Below, piece after piece: positions 1-15,063 of a DNA stretch of 64,000 nucleotides (the first letter of the stretch is position 1; each line of letters opens with the position of its first letter). The notes beneath the pieces were generated by a model. That model searched no databases, was not told the origin of the DNA, and was given only the letters and a program-made list of their open reading frames with translations. Origin of the DNA: Balanoglossus misakiensis (Eukaryota; Animalia; Hemichordata); the NCBI GenBank assembly GCA_040954595.2, contig CM082584.2, forward strand, positions 9,629,061 to 9,693,060, given 5' to 3'. Position numbers and translations under genes: made by a program.

Positions 1-2693
1 TTTGTTCGTTCAACAAAGTGCACGTAAAACATCTTAATCGCTCGCGTTGTCATTTGTAAATGATTGTACATTTATGTTTGTGTATATTGTATTTTCTGGC
101 GCGTAAGTGTGAATAAATGTCCCACAAACAACCGCCACACATACAGAAGACCAAAACCTGTGCCAACATAAACAGCTCACAATCAACACTGGAGGGTCTA
201 TTATTCTCACAGCGGTCAAAAGAGGCAGTGATATTGACCGGCTCTGTCCAGGCTGAAGCGGTCAATTCGGCCAACACCTCACCTTGACTGACGCACCAAC
301 ACATGGTCCATTCTCGGCTATAAAACCATAATCACTGCACAAACATTAGTCGAATTCTTGCAAGAGAAAAAAACACATATGTTCACAAGGGACCCTTTTT
401 GTTGCCTTCTGCGCTATATTTGTGTTTTGCGTGTACGGCATACTTGAACACAATGGGAGCAAAGTGGGCCCTACAAGAGAAGCCAACAAAAGAAACAGTG
501 AAAATTCCGGCACCGCTCGCTTATTTCAACGGCCTGTGTATGGGGAGTGCCAGCGTGGCTGTCAAGAGGTGAAAAATTACTGTGCATTATCACCCCCAAG
601 GATGGTTTAGATTCTGGCATTTCGGAATGCACACCTGCACAGTTTACCCAATAACCCGTTGATCGTACACCGGCGTCCCCGTTCACTTTTCCCATGACGG
701 CAAAAGAGCACGTGACAAACAAACAAAACTCCTTGATCTAGAAAATAATGGACAATCGAGTCTGTTCACCCAAAAACCGATTTCTCAACGACAGGAACAG
801 ATGAATCGTTCACGGAAACAACTAGATTCTTTACGTCTCGCACGGGTCTGGAAAGTTCATGCAATTGGGACACACATTTCATACGAAATCTATTCATACG
901 TCTTGTATTCACCAGAACAAAATCAGTAATATGAAGACTTTCGAAGTGGCGTCCCACAAGCTAGGGTTGCGTGTTTTTAATGACAACAAGGCAAAATTAA
1001 CCTGGCCTACAAATCAACCGTGTGTTCCTCCAAAACTCGATAATGAAGCACGGTGTTTTATAGAAATACGCGCGGAACGCAAACGTAAGCTGACTCCTGA
1101 CAGGTACTGATGAAAACGCATTACTGTCTTGGAATTTTTCGCGTGTGCTGTGAATGTGAAGCACGCTTGATTGATCGCCGTGGGGAACGCCGGCGACACT
1201 GCTATGTCAATGAGTCTCTATTTGAAAAATGCACGCCACGTCAAGACCTCATCGTCGCTTCGGGATCCTATTATATCGCTAGTTAGCGAGATATTGTCAA
1301 GAAATTGACTTTATACCCTCGTGACATGACCGCGAAATCAAAGATGGTGGTCACACAAGATTGACAATGTCAACTATGTTGTCCTCGTGACTGACGAACA
1401 CCGTAGGGCCAATTAATATAAACAATGTATTTGAAGAAATTACCGATTATGATACGTCAAGCCCAAAATAGATCAGTTCCAATAACGCGCTTGCGTTTGG
1501 ATAAATCTATCGGTTTCAGAATCCTTTTACCCAGTGAAACGGAAAAAAACGCCCAAAATTTCACGTATCAACTTCAGTGCCGGGCGTCTCGCTTATTTAT
1601 CGATTTTTACCCCGCTCACTTCAATTTCCTCCACTGGAGACCATGCACAGACTGCCCGCTACGAGTCATCATAGAAATAACGTGATTAATTTTCCATGTT
1701 GCGACTAACACAGTCAAGAATATATAGGTCGTGTTTCCCGGTGTTTGCATTCGACGGTGTAATGCGGAATGCAGCGCAAATAAAAACGTCGACAGTTGGT
1801 TTGGATTGTGTGATTTCCCAATGTCACCTCTGCACTCCGTACCGGCACGCCACTGAACATACTGAGTGTATGTCACGTGATGACCATATTTAGTTCTTTT
1901 CTCGGCCTCACTGAGCAATGCCTTATGTCATAAATATTTTTAAATGATCTTTAAAGGACGAAAAGAATGATAATCAACGCAAGAGCAAATTGCAAGTGAA
2001 GACTTGTCCACAGAATAAATCCCTGGGGAAGAGTAAACCCTTTTAAAACCCCATCAACCATAAAGACGAAGGTCTGACTAACAGCTCCCTATACTCTCAT
2101 TTGCATACAGACACCCCGGGCTAGATTCGCACCTGTATTCGTTCTGATCATTCTTTGTGAACCAACAATTACTGTTAAAAAGTCATTGATGTGATTGAGG
2201 AGCGACAACCACTCTGAAATTTGACACCGTGCAATTTCCTCCTGCGTGGCGAGCACAGTGAGAATCGCACGACAAGCCGAATACATAGTGTGCCGTTATG
2301 TCACCTGGAGTGTCAAATCGTGATCGCAGACACCGATCGACAACCCGAGTCGTGTTTACTCACACTCGTGATGAGGCACAAGAAAAAGCAATTGAATTAA
2401 AAGGGACTAACATTGCTGGGGGTATTTGGTCTCGGACCCCCAGGTAAATCAACAGGTACTCAGGAGAGACCGAATCATGCTTAAGGACTACCCGACGGGA
2501 TTTACTTTGGTTTTAAAAAGAAATAAACCTCTTCTCGGCCGATCAAGAGAGCACTTCACAGGTCCGGTATTAGAACAATTCAAAAAGGGGGAACGTGTCG
2601 ATTACTCAGCATTGAATGCTGCGTCTCTATCGTGTAGTGTTTGTGGCGGGGTGTAATTTATCACGTTTTTGTTATCATTCTCTCTGTGTGTGA

Positions 2694-2780
2694 GAGTGAG
2701 TGAGTGAGTGATTGAGTGAGTGAGTGAGTGAGTGAGTGAACGAGTAAATGGGTGAGTGAGCGAGCGAGCGAGTGAGTGAG
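2694..2780. repeat. (GAGT)n tetranucleotide microsatellite, imperfect
   Basis: Visible tandem GAGT/GAGC units. Confidence 0.9.
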
Positions 2781-5700
2781 GGGGAGGGGGAGGGTTTACC
2801 AGCGCGTGCTTCGAAATATTTGCATACGAAATTAAATTGAGCGAAAGTGCATATCAGTTTGCAATCAAGGCCCCTTGGAAACGCTTCTTGCATAGATCCA
2901 ACGGTTCAAAGAACGGAATAAATCTGGCCTAAATTCAACACTTGCGTCAAATAAAACAATATAACTAATTTGCACATGCAGCATTTGCGGCTATAGGAAG
3001 CAGAACACGCCAGCTGTACTCGCATCGGAATGTATGTGGCTGTCGCGAAGGCGGTATTACATCACGGACTAACAAAAGGAGGCGCATAATGTGTATAATG
3101 ACCCAAAGCACAGTTCTGTGCACACAAGAATGTTGAAAAACGCGCTTTAGTTTAAAATATGACAAAAAAAATTACGTGACAGATATCCAGAAAGCTTTAA
3201 TACAAGAAACTTTTTTTGGCTAACTGAATTACAGGTACCGGCGCCTGTGACATCTGATGTTTGTGGTGTCCTCCATGGCGCCACTCATGGTCAGAACATT
3301 CAGACGATTGATAATCCTCAAATTTCAAGGCATGAGTTTTATGTAACTGGCTGCTGATTCAAGCATTCTGTCGTTTTACGTGGTGACAGTGAAACATTGC
3401 AGTTTGTTGTGTCGTGCGCGGCACGCATGAAAACGTTTGCGCTCAGCTGAAAGACGCCCTTATACCGTTGCGTAACGACCGCACAATCATTCTTTTTTTT
3501 GAAAAGCGAGGCAGCCACCTTTCAGCTGTCTGTCTAATTGGTTTTTATCACTCCGCGAATAGAAACGAGAAACAAGCGAATCTGAAAAGGAGGCTCTCGG
3601 GAGATAATAGGGACACACCCAGCGCTGTTTTCCACCAGCTTGGTCAAAAAGAAAGTTAACGAACAGACCCGCAGCTCAATCCAGATTCAGGGAGGGGGGA
3701 TTAACAACTTTTGTTGTCAGGAATTGTAAATTACACGAAGACAAAAGAAGGGTGCGGGTCGAGAGAAAGATTCAAGGCTGGCCGCAGTAAATCCCCAGGG
3801 CAGAACAAGCGCAGTTAAATGATAATTAGGCCACGCAATTAAAATAATGAAGAATGGAGGAGAAAATGAATTATGCGCGGATGCCAACGCATTGGCTCCA
3901 GAGATGTTCGGTTTGTTTTTGTATTTTTTGCTTGGCTGCGTTCATCAATCGCCAAGGCAGTTATCCGGAGACAACAACATCAACAAGTGGTTTTCTCACC
4001 GTTTGACGAACAAATATTTGCTGGAGGGAACGAATCGAGTTTTTTTGGGGGGATAAGGAATAACTATGTGTTTGGCGGTTAGCCAACTGTTTGATTAGTT
4101 GTTGGCGAAATCGAGAGTTAAGTTCATGAACAAATGTTGAACCACCGATGGCGTTTACTTTGTTTAGGCCACGATATTCTCCAAGGAGAGCATTCCTTTG
4201 GGGCTGACATGTAACTTCAAGTAGTGGATGAAGTGCCCGCATTGTTTGGGCGTCTCTGTTGATCGGATAAACGCCGATATTCCCGCAATGCGAAAATGTA
4301 ATCTCGCCGAGATTAAAGGCAAAGTATACATGTACATGTACTACCATATCGGTAGAGACAATTGGGAAGGAACTGTAAAGGTTTGCAATTGGCGCGCATG
4401 TTGGAGTGTGCGTACATTTTAGTCTGTTTGTCTTCCATACAAGCCATCACACACCAGCAGATAAACTCAGAGAGAACGCACACACACACGACAGTACGTG
4501 CCCATGCAACTAAGGCAAAGTTTAGGTCTGCGAAAAAATGACGAATAATTTACTGTAACTAGATAGGGTCCTTTGAGAAGACCCGGCTTCGGTTAATTCT
4601 ATATACCTTCCAATCGATACGGAACAATTCGCCTTAATTTGATGTATATGAAGTATCTAGTAGCCTAATTCGCATCTGAGCGAAGTCATAGAAGGGTCGA
4701 AAGAAGATTGCTTTCGCATGAATAAGGAAGTCTTCAGGCCTGACTGCCAATCAGCGACATTGTTAGTGGGCATATTCAGAAAATCACTATTTTTTTATTC
4801 AGAACCCGTAAGAAGGAGAATGGGAAAATGGAGCGTCACATAGTAACAGTCGAGTCTACGCATTTGTTGTACTCAAATTTGAATCTTATTCTTCCAGGTT
4901 CTCCAACAGCGAGAAAAGACTACACTGCATCATCTCAAAGACGGGTTGCCTGACAACGGGATGATGTCTACCGAGTTTCTAAGGCGATGCCATTGATGTG
5001 GGTTCTTTCAAAATCGGAGAGAGAAAAAGATGAAACGCTGCACCGATCGATAATTTCCCCGGGAGATTATAGTCAGATGATTGCTTTTGGCATTTCAGCA
5101 ACACGCGAATCCGAGTCATTAGATTCGACAGGCGCGCACGCTTTCCATCATTTGTCGAGAAAAGCTGACACTACATCTTTTTGTGCCGCGCACATTAATC
5201 TCTCCGGAGACCTTTTTACAGAAAGCCGTCGGAAAACAAGGTTATCTCAGAAGTGCGGTGCGCCGTGTTTCAGGGTGATCTGACATTTAGAAGACTGATA
5301 TCCATTGATGTTGCTCTGAGTTCATAACGGTCACCTAGCAACGAACATGCCCGAGATATTCGTTGGAAATTTAAACCTTTAACCCATATTGATACCTGTC
5401 ATCTTCAAATATCGTCATATGTGGAAATGAGGTTTATCACAAGTGCGCTCCATTTTTTATATGCGTTGACGTCTCTCCCGACCTCTGGGGAAATAAAATC
5501 TTAACGATTTTTTCTCTCGAGCACACGCGAGACGAAACTACTTTATTATTAACTAAATTATGGAGTAAGCAGTCATGAGGACGTCTTGCTATGCCTTCTG
5601 TAGACATTTAAGCAGTTTACGAGCCCAAATCCGAACGACAAATTTGCTGCCAGCATTAAAATCCGACTCAGTTGGCGCGGGGGTGTCTACGCGAGAATGT

Positions 5701-8700
5701 CAACCGAAAGTCAGAGTTCTCGAACTGTGGCGATCAACTTCAGGACCCCAGAAATTTTTCGCTTGAATGCCACTTGTATCCATGGCAACCGCATCAGCAG
5801 TCAGCGATTCGTTTCAGCAATTTCAGTCTCTTTTATTCAAACGACTATATAAATTTCACGGCTAAGCCTGTTGTGCTATCAGTCTATTTGCTTGTCCGCC
5901 ACGAGTCGCCTTAATCGTTATTAATTGACCATTAATTCTGAGAGACAGGAACGCGCAAAGTTTGAGTGATAGAATTAGTGACATGTGCCTGGCGAGCGTT
6001 TTGCCGACCAGGACGTTGAAATTTACTAACGAACTGAACATTTATTTATCTATCTATAAATTATCACTTTCAATGGAAGTACGAGACCTCAGGTGCATAT
6101 ATTATTTCAATTCAACTCTGTCTGATATTTTTACCCAAAGCCACTCATAGCGCGCGACGATGCCTGGAGACGGCGACGCCCTATACCGTTAATGGACGCG
6201 CGGCGGATGGCTTGCTAGGCAAGGGTATATGGAGACAGACAAAAATATTTGCCTCTCGTCTGAGAGGCAATTCAAAAGACTCTACGGAATAAGGAGTATA
6301 TATGGATAGAGCAAATCACGTAGAGTTGCTTGGCATAAGCATCAATAGGAAACGGCCGATGGGACGACACACAAGCACATGTCAGTACACTGCCAGTTTA
6401 ATTGTCTTGTTCGGTTGTCCACCGTGTCAACCTTTCAGAGGTTACCCAGGAGAATATTGAGATAATGAATACTCATTGTGAAAGATCTTAAATGACATTT
6501 AGAGAACACTTAGATCAGTGACTGCGTGATCACGTGACCGAGTGACTCAGGTTGGCAACTAAAACACTACTTTGTTAGAGGTACCCAACGCGCTGAATCA
6601 ACACCCTCTTTGGTGACATAGCTGTATTTGACCGTGCAATACCCTTGCAAATATTGTGTTTTTAAGCATTCAATATTGATCGAGCTAGGCTACCCCAATA
6701 CAACGGGTTTCCATTGGCACAACCAGTACGTGCCAAACACCCCAATACCGGGGGCTCCGCACTATACACATCGATCCAATCCGTTACAATTGGGAATAAC
6801 ACCTGGCCTCGGTTTCGTGCAAATGCGTGTCAGCTCTTACTATAAGAGATCGGGGTGTCGGGAGAATACAAACACGCGCATAGATAGAGACACGGCTGTT
6901 GGAAAGCGAAGGACACATCGCGCTTCAGAGAGTCATTTTTCATTCGATATCGACACGGCAGCCTTGCGACAAGGTTGCCTCACATACACGTTTATGTCCG
7001 CCTGACTGCTTCCCCAAAGGCCGGCGAATCTAGCACAGTTTGTTTAACACCTTCGAAGGTCTGTCTTGGTGGCCGCGTTCCACTTTCCAATTATGAAGGT
7101 TTCTCCCCTGTGACCGAACTTGTCCGCAGAGAAGCAAAACATGACTTCTGAATGTACAGTAATTGTTTTGCTTGACCGTCATTCAAACTATAAACTGAAC
7201 TTTAACCCTATTTTGTTAATCCGATGAGTATTGAGATTTTTTTAACAATCAGGAACGTGTAACCCTTCAGAATCAATCTGATATTGAGGCGGATGTGGCA
7301 AAAGTTAAGCCGATAAGAAAAAAAGTAGAGTGATTGCAAGATTATTAAACGGAATACAGATAAGGCACTACAAATGGATGTGCACACCTTTTCTATCTAC
7401 TAGCATATCACGTATCACTATGTCACTGCTATCTATAATACGGTGAAAACCCTTGGGTTTATTTTCAAGTCTCAACCAAGAATGATTATGTAAACGGTTG
7501 ATAAGATTTCCAGGAATTAATATTTTCTGAAAACTATACAGTCCAACAGGGGTCCAGGCCACGTAACTATGTACAATTAATTAAAACTATTGTGCATTTG
7601 TAGGCCGCCTCATTGCTATGCCGTTTGCATGGAAACATAGCTGTATTGTTTGCCAACAGGAAAACTTCCCGCCGCACAACTTGAGGTGAATGCGGACATT
7701 TGGCCATGCTGCTCATCAGTGTTGGGGTCAACGCTTTAACAGAACAGAATGAGCTGAACCGAAGACGCCCTTACACGACTGCAAACACCAAAACAAGCAA
7801 AGCGGATTGATTGAACGACAAAAGAGACGACAGCCTCGCATCGGGTAGCCGACAGGGCGCGTGTTTTGTCAGAAAAACGGGCAACCGTTTACTTGATGAA
7901 CTGACCCAGGAACGAAAGTTTCTCCTATTAGCTTTCAGTGAAATCTCGACCACAACACAGCTCCTTGGAGACGGCAAACAGCATCCTTTTTAACTTCGGG
8001 GACACTGGGGAAATAAAGGGGGTCGGGAAGAATGGAACTCGCTCTGAAAGGGGGAAAACCAACACACTTTTAGGGAATGCGTCACTGCAAGTGTTTGATT
8101 GTTTGTTTTTGTAACTGTCAGGGATCAGAACTTTCAAAAACCAAGGCGCGCAGAACAAACAACACCGTTGTGAGTTTTTTTTTACCCAACAACAGACTCC
8201 TCACAAAATACATGTACTAGCCAACATTGCATCGTCATTGTGAAACGGTACACTAACTGCAAGCGTAAAACCCAGACACCTGTTCCGATGTACAACTCCT
8301 TGTGATCGTGTTACTGCTCAGTGTCCTATATAAAGCAATAAAATCGGTGCTAACCGTATCAATTGTGTTATTGCTCTGTGTGTTGTACCGAACGTAATCA
8401 AATATACAGCAAGCGCGGTACTTTATTTCCACAGACGCACTTAATTATGTCAATTTCGTTTTCACGAGTAGTAAGAATGCCGTTTGGATTTACGTTATTA
8501 AAATTGCTGGTAATGAAATTGTCGCAGACCTTACCGGCTGCGACAAAGGAAACGGTGTTAATTGAATGATGTCATAAATGTACAGGTGGTTGCCACACGA
8601 CCAATCAAATGAACTTTGGACTTTTCATTCATAATGAGAGGACCGATACACGTGGCTCGAAATTTTATATCCGTCCACATGTGTGCTAGCTTGATCTCGA

Positions 8701-11700
8701 ACAAGCAGATAGAAGCAGTTTGTTTCGTTAAGCCCCAATGATTATTCCATTACAACAAATGCAATTATTTATGGCGACTTTTTTATGTTGTGAATAATTG
8801 ACATTTTGTTTTTTAAATCGCTGAAGTGTAACGACTGTGATGTATTAATTCGAATCTGGTGTATACAAAGATAAAAACGACAGAGCAAAGATAAAAACAA
8901 AACGGTACCGCAACGAACAAATCAAACGCAAGCACCACAAAGAACGTTCAGTTTTTTCATCATCACGTTGCGGGAACATTAATTTCCGCAAAGCTGAAAT
9001 ACGAAGCGACTGACTAATGATCAGTGAGTTTTCATGAACCTACGGCGTGCATAGAAATTTATTAATTTACAGAGTGGAAATTAAACGAGCGAGCACTTCG
9101 TTGATAATAAACGACCACTCCAACATCGCGGATGAAATACTGTAATCGCTTTCACGGAAACCGCTCGCAGCTGAGAGCAGTCCATTACAATTTAGATCAA
9201 GCAAATTCTGACAGCCTTTGCTTCATTTCAAATTTGATATCTGGAATTTTCAATCAATTATTCAATGCCTAAGGGCAGAGCTGTAAACGCACCATTTGTA
9301 CTGCGATATGGTACCGGTTTTATTTTACCTTCAAAATGTCTATTTTTACACCGTTAATCCCTTCAATTTGCGTGATAAAACATTCGTGTAAGCGAGTGTG
9401 TACTCAGATAATTACACTTTGATTAAGATTGCGTAATGACACTGCGAACAAAGAGGGAATTCATCCGGATGGTTTTATTTCAGAACGAAACGCAAACATT
9501 CGGGGTGTAATTTTTGTCATGAAAGATCAGCTCTGGGGCGACATAAATGGCACGGCAAAGATGCATAACGATACGAATAGCCGAATGTCAAATTCTACAG
9601 TGGACATGGTGCACGACCTAGTAGGCAAGTGTGCTTGAACCGGCTTTACATAATCACTCTTTCATATTGCTTCAACACGTTATTATATTATCATTTATTA
9701 ATTAATTAAGGTGTGCACCAAACTACTACGCAGTTAAGTATTGGCCATTGCATGTACCTGAAAACTAGAATTCACATGGCGATCATGTCCACTCAAAATA
9801 CTTGTCTACAGTTTCCATGACAACCGACGTACTGTTTCTGTGACAACAACACCTGTGCAGTTTCCCTTATTCGATTTTGAGAAACGTGTCAGGAAAGATT
9901 GCTGAAATAACCAGTGTTTGTGCCAACGCTTTAAAGCTGGCAATGTGCCAAGCAAAAGAAGCGTTTACTATGCTGTGTGAAAGTATTGGTTTAGGTGTGT
10001 CAATACTGATGCAAGTCCATCAAATATTTTTTAAATTAGAGGTTTTAATTCTTACAATATCTCTGTAAATAAGTTCGAAAAAGACCTTTTTAAAAATAAT
10101 GTAAAATATTAAATATGTGAAAAATATGTACAGAAATATCTTAAGCTTAAAACGTTGAAATTTCAACTTGAGACAAAATCACATTTAAATTTGAAATTTA
10201 CTTAAGCAGGAAGAATGCTTTACATGCAATAAATAGCGATTGTCATAACAGGAAATTGCAAATAGACGATTTTCAGATATTCCTTAAGATATAAAATTAT
10301 AAAAAGACAAGCATGTATATACGACACATAAAATGATATCCTGTCGACATTATCTCCATGGTAACGCATGACCTTTGTTTCGCTAGCGACAGTGTGGTAA
10401 TAAAATGAAAGTGAAATTACCTGACATAAAAAACTGTTTACATCAACTTTTAACCTATATATTCTCTTATAGGAAGAAAAGGCAAAATGTACACCTTATT
10501 GCGTGTTCACACGCCTAGCATGGAAACGCGTACGCTATTTTTTTCATGTGGGTTTCATTTAGGCCTACTCAAGAAACTTCAAATATACAAAATGAAACAA
10601 CTCGCAGTCTCGACATTTCATAAAATTATGAACAGCTAGTGTTTAATACTGTCCTCCATATGTCAAAAGAGGGAAAAAAGACGACGGATGTGCGCATGTC
10701 AAACTGACGACACGGAAAGCAGATAATGACTTTGGATGCCAACACAAATAAAGCGCGTACAATGACATGAACACGCACTTAATTAAAAACTCGCAGGGTT
10801 ATCATTCACGCCGGTGTCACTACACGCATACGTGAACATAATACGCTGAAATGAATTCAAAACAAACACGAGCGTTGTCATAGCAACGATGTGCTCTGCG
10901 AGGTGCTTCACCAGAGCACAGACATTGAAGCCGCCGCGACGATCCGATCCGAGCCAACATTATTCACTTTTTTTATCAGTTACATTTTGCTAATTACATT
11001 TGCTGGAAGCCTGGGCTATTTCATTTTCTCCACTTGCAAAAAGCGAAATTAATACTCAAAACGTTGTGGTTTGTCACGTGATCTCAGAAATATGTGTCTT
11101 TAATCTTTATACAACTGACTTCTATATTTTCTAATTGGGGAGGATGATTAAAAAGGTATTACTGTCGATGGCTAATTATATAGCTAATAATATAGACAGA
11201 TCATAACAGAGCTACCGTCTAATTATGGTTTTAGTTTTTTGTAAGTTTTTGGAATTAATCTGCCATTGAATCAACAAAAATTTACACCCGCGAATTGGAA
11301 TATTAAGTGTTTTATTGACGCTGCGATTTAAAGGTCGGGTGTCGCTACCTCGAAGGAGAAAAATATAAGGCAGTTTTATTGCTATATAGTTTGTGTGCAT
11401 TTCTGTACGTACCCCAACAATATAAAAAAAATCCTCCAACATGTTTATTTTTGGTTGAGCTTCACTCAAATGTCGAGATACGAATACATCGATTTGCATT
11501 CAAAGTTCATGCAATGTCGATTTTGTTTTTCTGCAGCCGGGATTTTTCCTGCGACGCAATGCGTAGGTTTGGATTTAAAGGTTTTCATTATAGACGAGCC
11601 GCCGGGTTTCCTGCGCCGAAGATTGAAAATAAATGAGAAGATGAACGAGACGGCGGATGAATACGAAACCGCCATTGTGTGTGATTTGGCCCGGGGGTTG

Positions 11701-13725
11701 TAATGACACCAAAACTGATTGAAATTCAGGTCTCCAGCTCCGTTCAATTTTCTCCCCGATAAATAAACAAAATATGAAATTCAGCAAATGGGAGACATCC
11801 ACTGCTCGATATCAGAGAAGGTTACTGCAGCTTGGGGTGAATTGACGATCGTACAATTATCCGAACTGAGAAGCAGCAGGTCTTTATTCTTTTCACCATA
11901 TGATACGAGACAGGAGCTGCCGGGATGTTTCTCTATTGAAGAGAATCGATGGGAGCCTACGTTTTGATCGATTTAATCCCAGTTTTAGTCGAACGCTGCA
12001 GCGCGGATGACTTCGTTCTAAATTCAGCGTCGCGTCGTACATGAACCAGGGATCACGCGCACAGATTTTACATCCAAACTGAAAAACAACAACAGATGAC
12101 GCAGTATCGTCAAGGGGGGATTTAGAAATCTAAATTACAAACGTTCCCAATACTTTATACAGTGTCTGCTTAACACTGAAAGGAGTATGATATTTCAAAA
12201 GGTCAGTTCCACGGTGTTGGGACAGTTAGCACTGGGCGTTTACCCCAATCCATCCTACACCTATTAACAGGTGGATGCAAAATGTGATATTCTACGTTTC
12301 AGTGCAAAACATATTCGCGATCCAATGTTCAGCGGATGAACGCGGGTCAAACAGGTCACCTTCGAAAATTAAATTCGTGCATCAGTGGGGAGCGATATGT
12401 CATTTCATGAACATCATGTCATTTTCTGAGTAATGGATTTCATCCCTGTATTATATTAATGTCTCTCGGTGCGTGAACTATGTCGCCCTAAATTTAACCA
12501 GCTTGTATTATTCAGATGGGGAGTGATGTACGGCAGGTTAACATACACACTGTTGCCATCCGTTGCTGTGTACTCTCAATATTCCTGAATGCTACATACA
12601 AAGGCCGACAGGAGGAGTAATTTGCTGCTTCGTGTAATGCAATTTTATGGTTATTCCGGGAGCCGTCGAATTCATTACTGAATTTCTCTCGACGATAAAA
12701 AGCGCCGTTTAGTGTTTCTTTATGCGACCGCGTCTACAACAAACACTTTACACCATCAAGGGTGATGGCAGACGGCGTTAGATGCCACCACACTAAAACG
12801 AAAGAGCCCGGTTCCGGTTTACGTGAAGTGGAAATTCTGAACCGGAGATTCGCAATTTGTGCCCTGGTATCGCCCATTGTCTTCTGGAACGTCGGTTTAG
12901 TCCGCAAAGCATAAAGTGCGATTAAAACTGTATTTCTTCGATCGGATTGGCGTCGCGTAGGTCAATAACAGAAGCTGTGGTGGTGAAATATCGACACGTG
13001 ATATCGCATTATTTTCGATTATTAATTTTTTTTAAATAACGTGTTTGAAAAATCAAAATCTAAAAATAAAAACACTTCGACGGCAAATATAGTAAACAAT
13101 TGATCAAGTTATGGTACATTAGGAGAGGTTACCGGTAAACGCCGTCACACGCGACTGACAGGTTCGCAAAAGAATTTCATTTTTGGAGTAGAGAGAAAAA
13201 ATGTAGAACGAAGGGAATTCCATTAGGGTATACGAATGACTGAGCATGGTTCGTTCCAAATGGTGTGAAATACTGACTGGTGTCGATGACCGAGTGACCG
13301 CTGATGACGGATTGGCTTTTTGACAATTTGGAATTTTAGACCAGAGTGACCTGGGCAAATCCGAATGACTGGATTCGCGACGGCGTCACTTCTATATGCC
13401 TGGCTAAACAAGCCCAGCCATGGACCTTTCTCAAGGAGTCTCTCCACAAAGACAAGACGTAACGCCACTAAACAAACGTTTCTCCCTCTCTCCGCCGCGG
13501 GTGAAAAAAAACCCTCCTTTGTCTCCGCACTCATTGTGTTCTGCGCGGAGACGACGACGTTGCTATGACAACTCGCTGTTGTGTAATGCCCAGACGCGAG
13601 CGAATACAGAGACAAATTGCACGTGTGACCATGGGGGTAAGCTGAGCCAACAAAGTGGTCTGGCCGCGTGAATGTGTCGTGGCCATGTTCACTTCTGATC
13701 AACCATTGCTCTTACTAAAAAGGGC

Positions 13726-13728
<3 letters not shown>

Positions 13729-13760
<32 letters not shown>
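13729..13760. repeat. Poly(T) tract, ~32 nt
   Basis: Uninterrupted T run. Confidence 0.9.
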
Positions 13761-13764
<4 letters not shown>

Positions 13765-15063
13765 TGCGCAATGCGTTAATTTGAGGCGAAAACCCGAAGG
13801 GAATGTTTATCAAGTTACTCGAAGATTTTTAAAGTGAATCACAGTTTTCCTAGTTGCAGTCAAGACGCAGGGTGTAAAGACATCAGTGTGAAGCAAATGA
13901 GATAAAAATATACATCATTTTCTTGATAAGTTAAAATATGTCAGTGGACTTGACATAAAAATGTTTTACGGCATTAACTGACCTTTTAAAGTACAACTCT
14001 GACTGAAGGGTTGTTTATACTAACTGTACACAACTTAATATTAAGGCAAATCATACAGCTACTTCTGGGTTACCGGTGTTAGTGAAATGACAGTATTTTT
14101 GACATTTTAGCGGCTTTTTGCTTTCATCTCAGCGAAAGTTCTCCTTTCCCTAAGTCAACAGCAAAAGACTAAATGTACGCATGCTATATAGTATATTTGT
14201 GTTCACCTGAAATTCCAAAGGTCGCGTTCAAGGCACGGCCTTGGTGACCGAAAAGCGCGTCAATTTAGTCGCCCGTTGTTGCTTGGCTGTCTTATCGCTG
14301 AGATTATAAGCCACAACAGTTACGGTCTATTAAACTTGGATGCGTCTCCGTAACACTTACTTCTTGTCATGGTAGTTGCTCTCGGGCCGGCGAAGTGCCA
14401 CATCTCGTAAAAAAAACGTGAGAGACATGACATCGCAACGAGTTGAATAAACACCAGCGCATACAACGAAAAACAACAACAAAAACACCGTACGGTGAAA
14501 GGGGTCCCGTTGGAGATGTTGACAAACAGCGCACAGTTCATTATTGCTTCTTGAACTTCCATCAAGGTCATAGAATGTCAATCTTTTCAAGACCTTCTTC
14601 GTCGAATCACAATAAAATACGTGCAGTATATGTACAGTGATGTATATCTGACCACAGATGCCGCTAAGATTGGAGGTACTTGTCTGTAACCGCACCGCAA
14701 AGTGAAGACAAAGCGTTATTCGCTGCAAGTTTGTTTTCACAAATGTCTCTTGTAAATCGCACGATTGGAGTCTTTTGTGTCTCCGGCCGGTGAATTGCAC
14801 TGAATAACGCGGTGACTGTTAAAAAAGCTCGAATCAGAAGCGCGAGAAAACAAATCCCGGCATTCTTTTAATATCGCCTAATATCTGGTTCTTCACGTCC
14901 GTCTTGGGGAAATAGGAGGTGTTTTTTAAATAAAAGAAAAAATCCACGTGGTTACGGTTTACGATACAATGCCCGCATCCGCGTTCCTTTCGGTATCCGT
15001 TCGTGCCAGTGATTGCACAGGTGTGCGACGCCGCACCCAGCGTGCATTCTCGCGGGCTGCCTA

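Noticed and set aside
12197-13988. AAAAGGTCAGTT inverted pair as possible transposon ends
   Set aside because: Only ~12 bp match, no matching TSD, no transposase remnant
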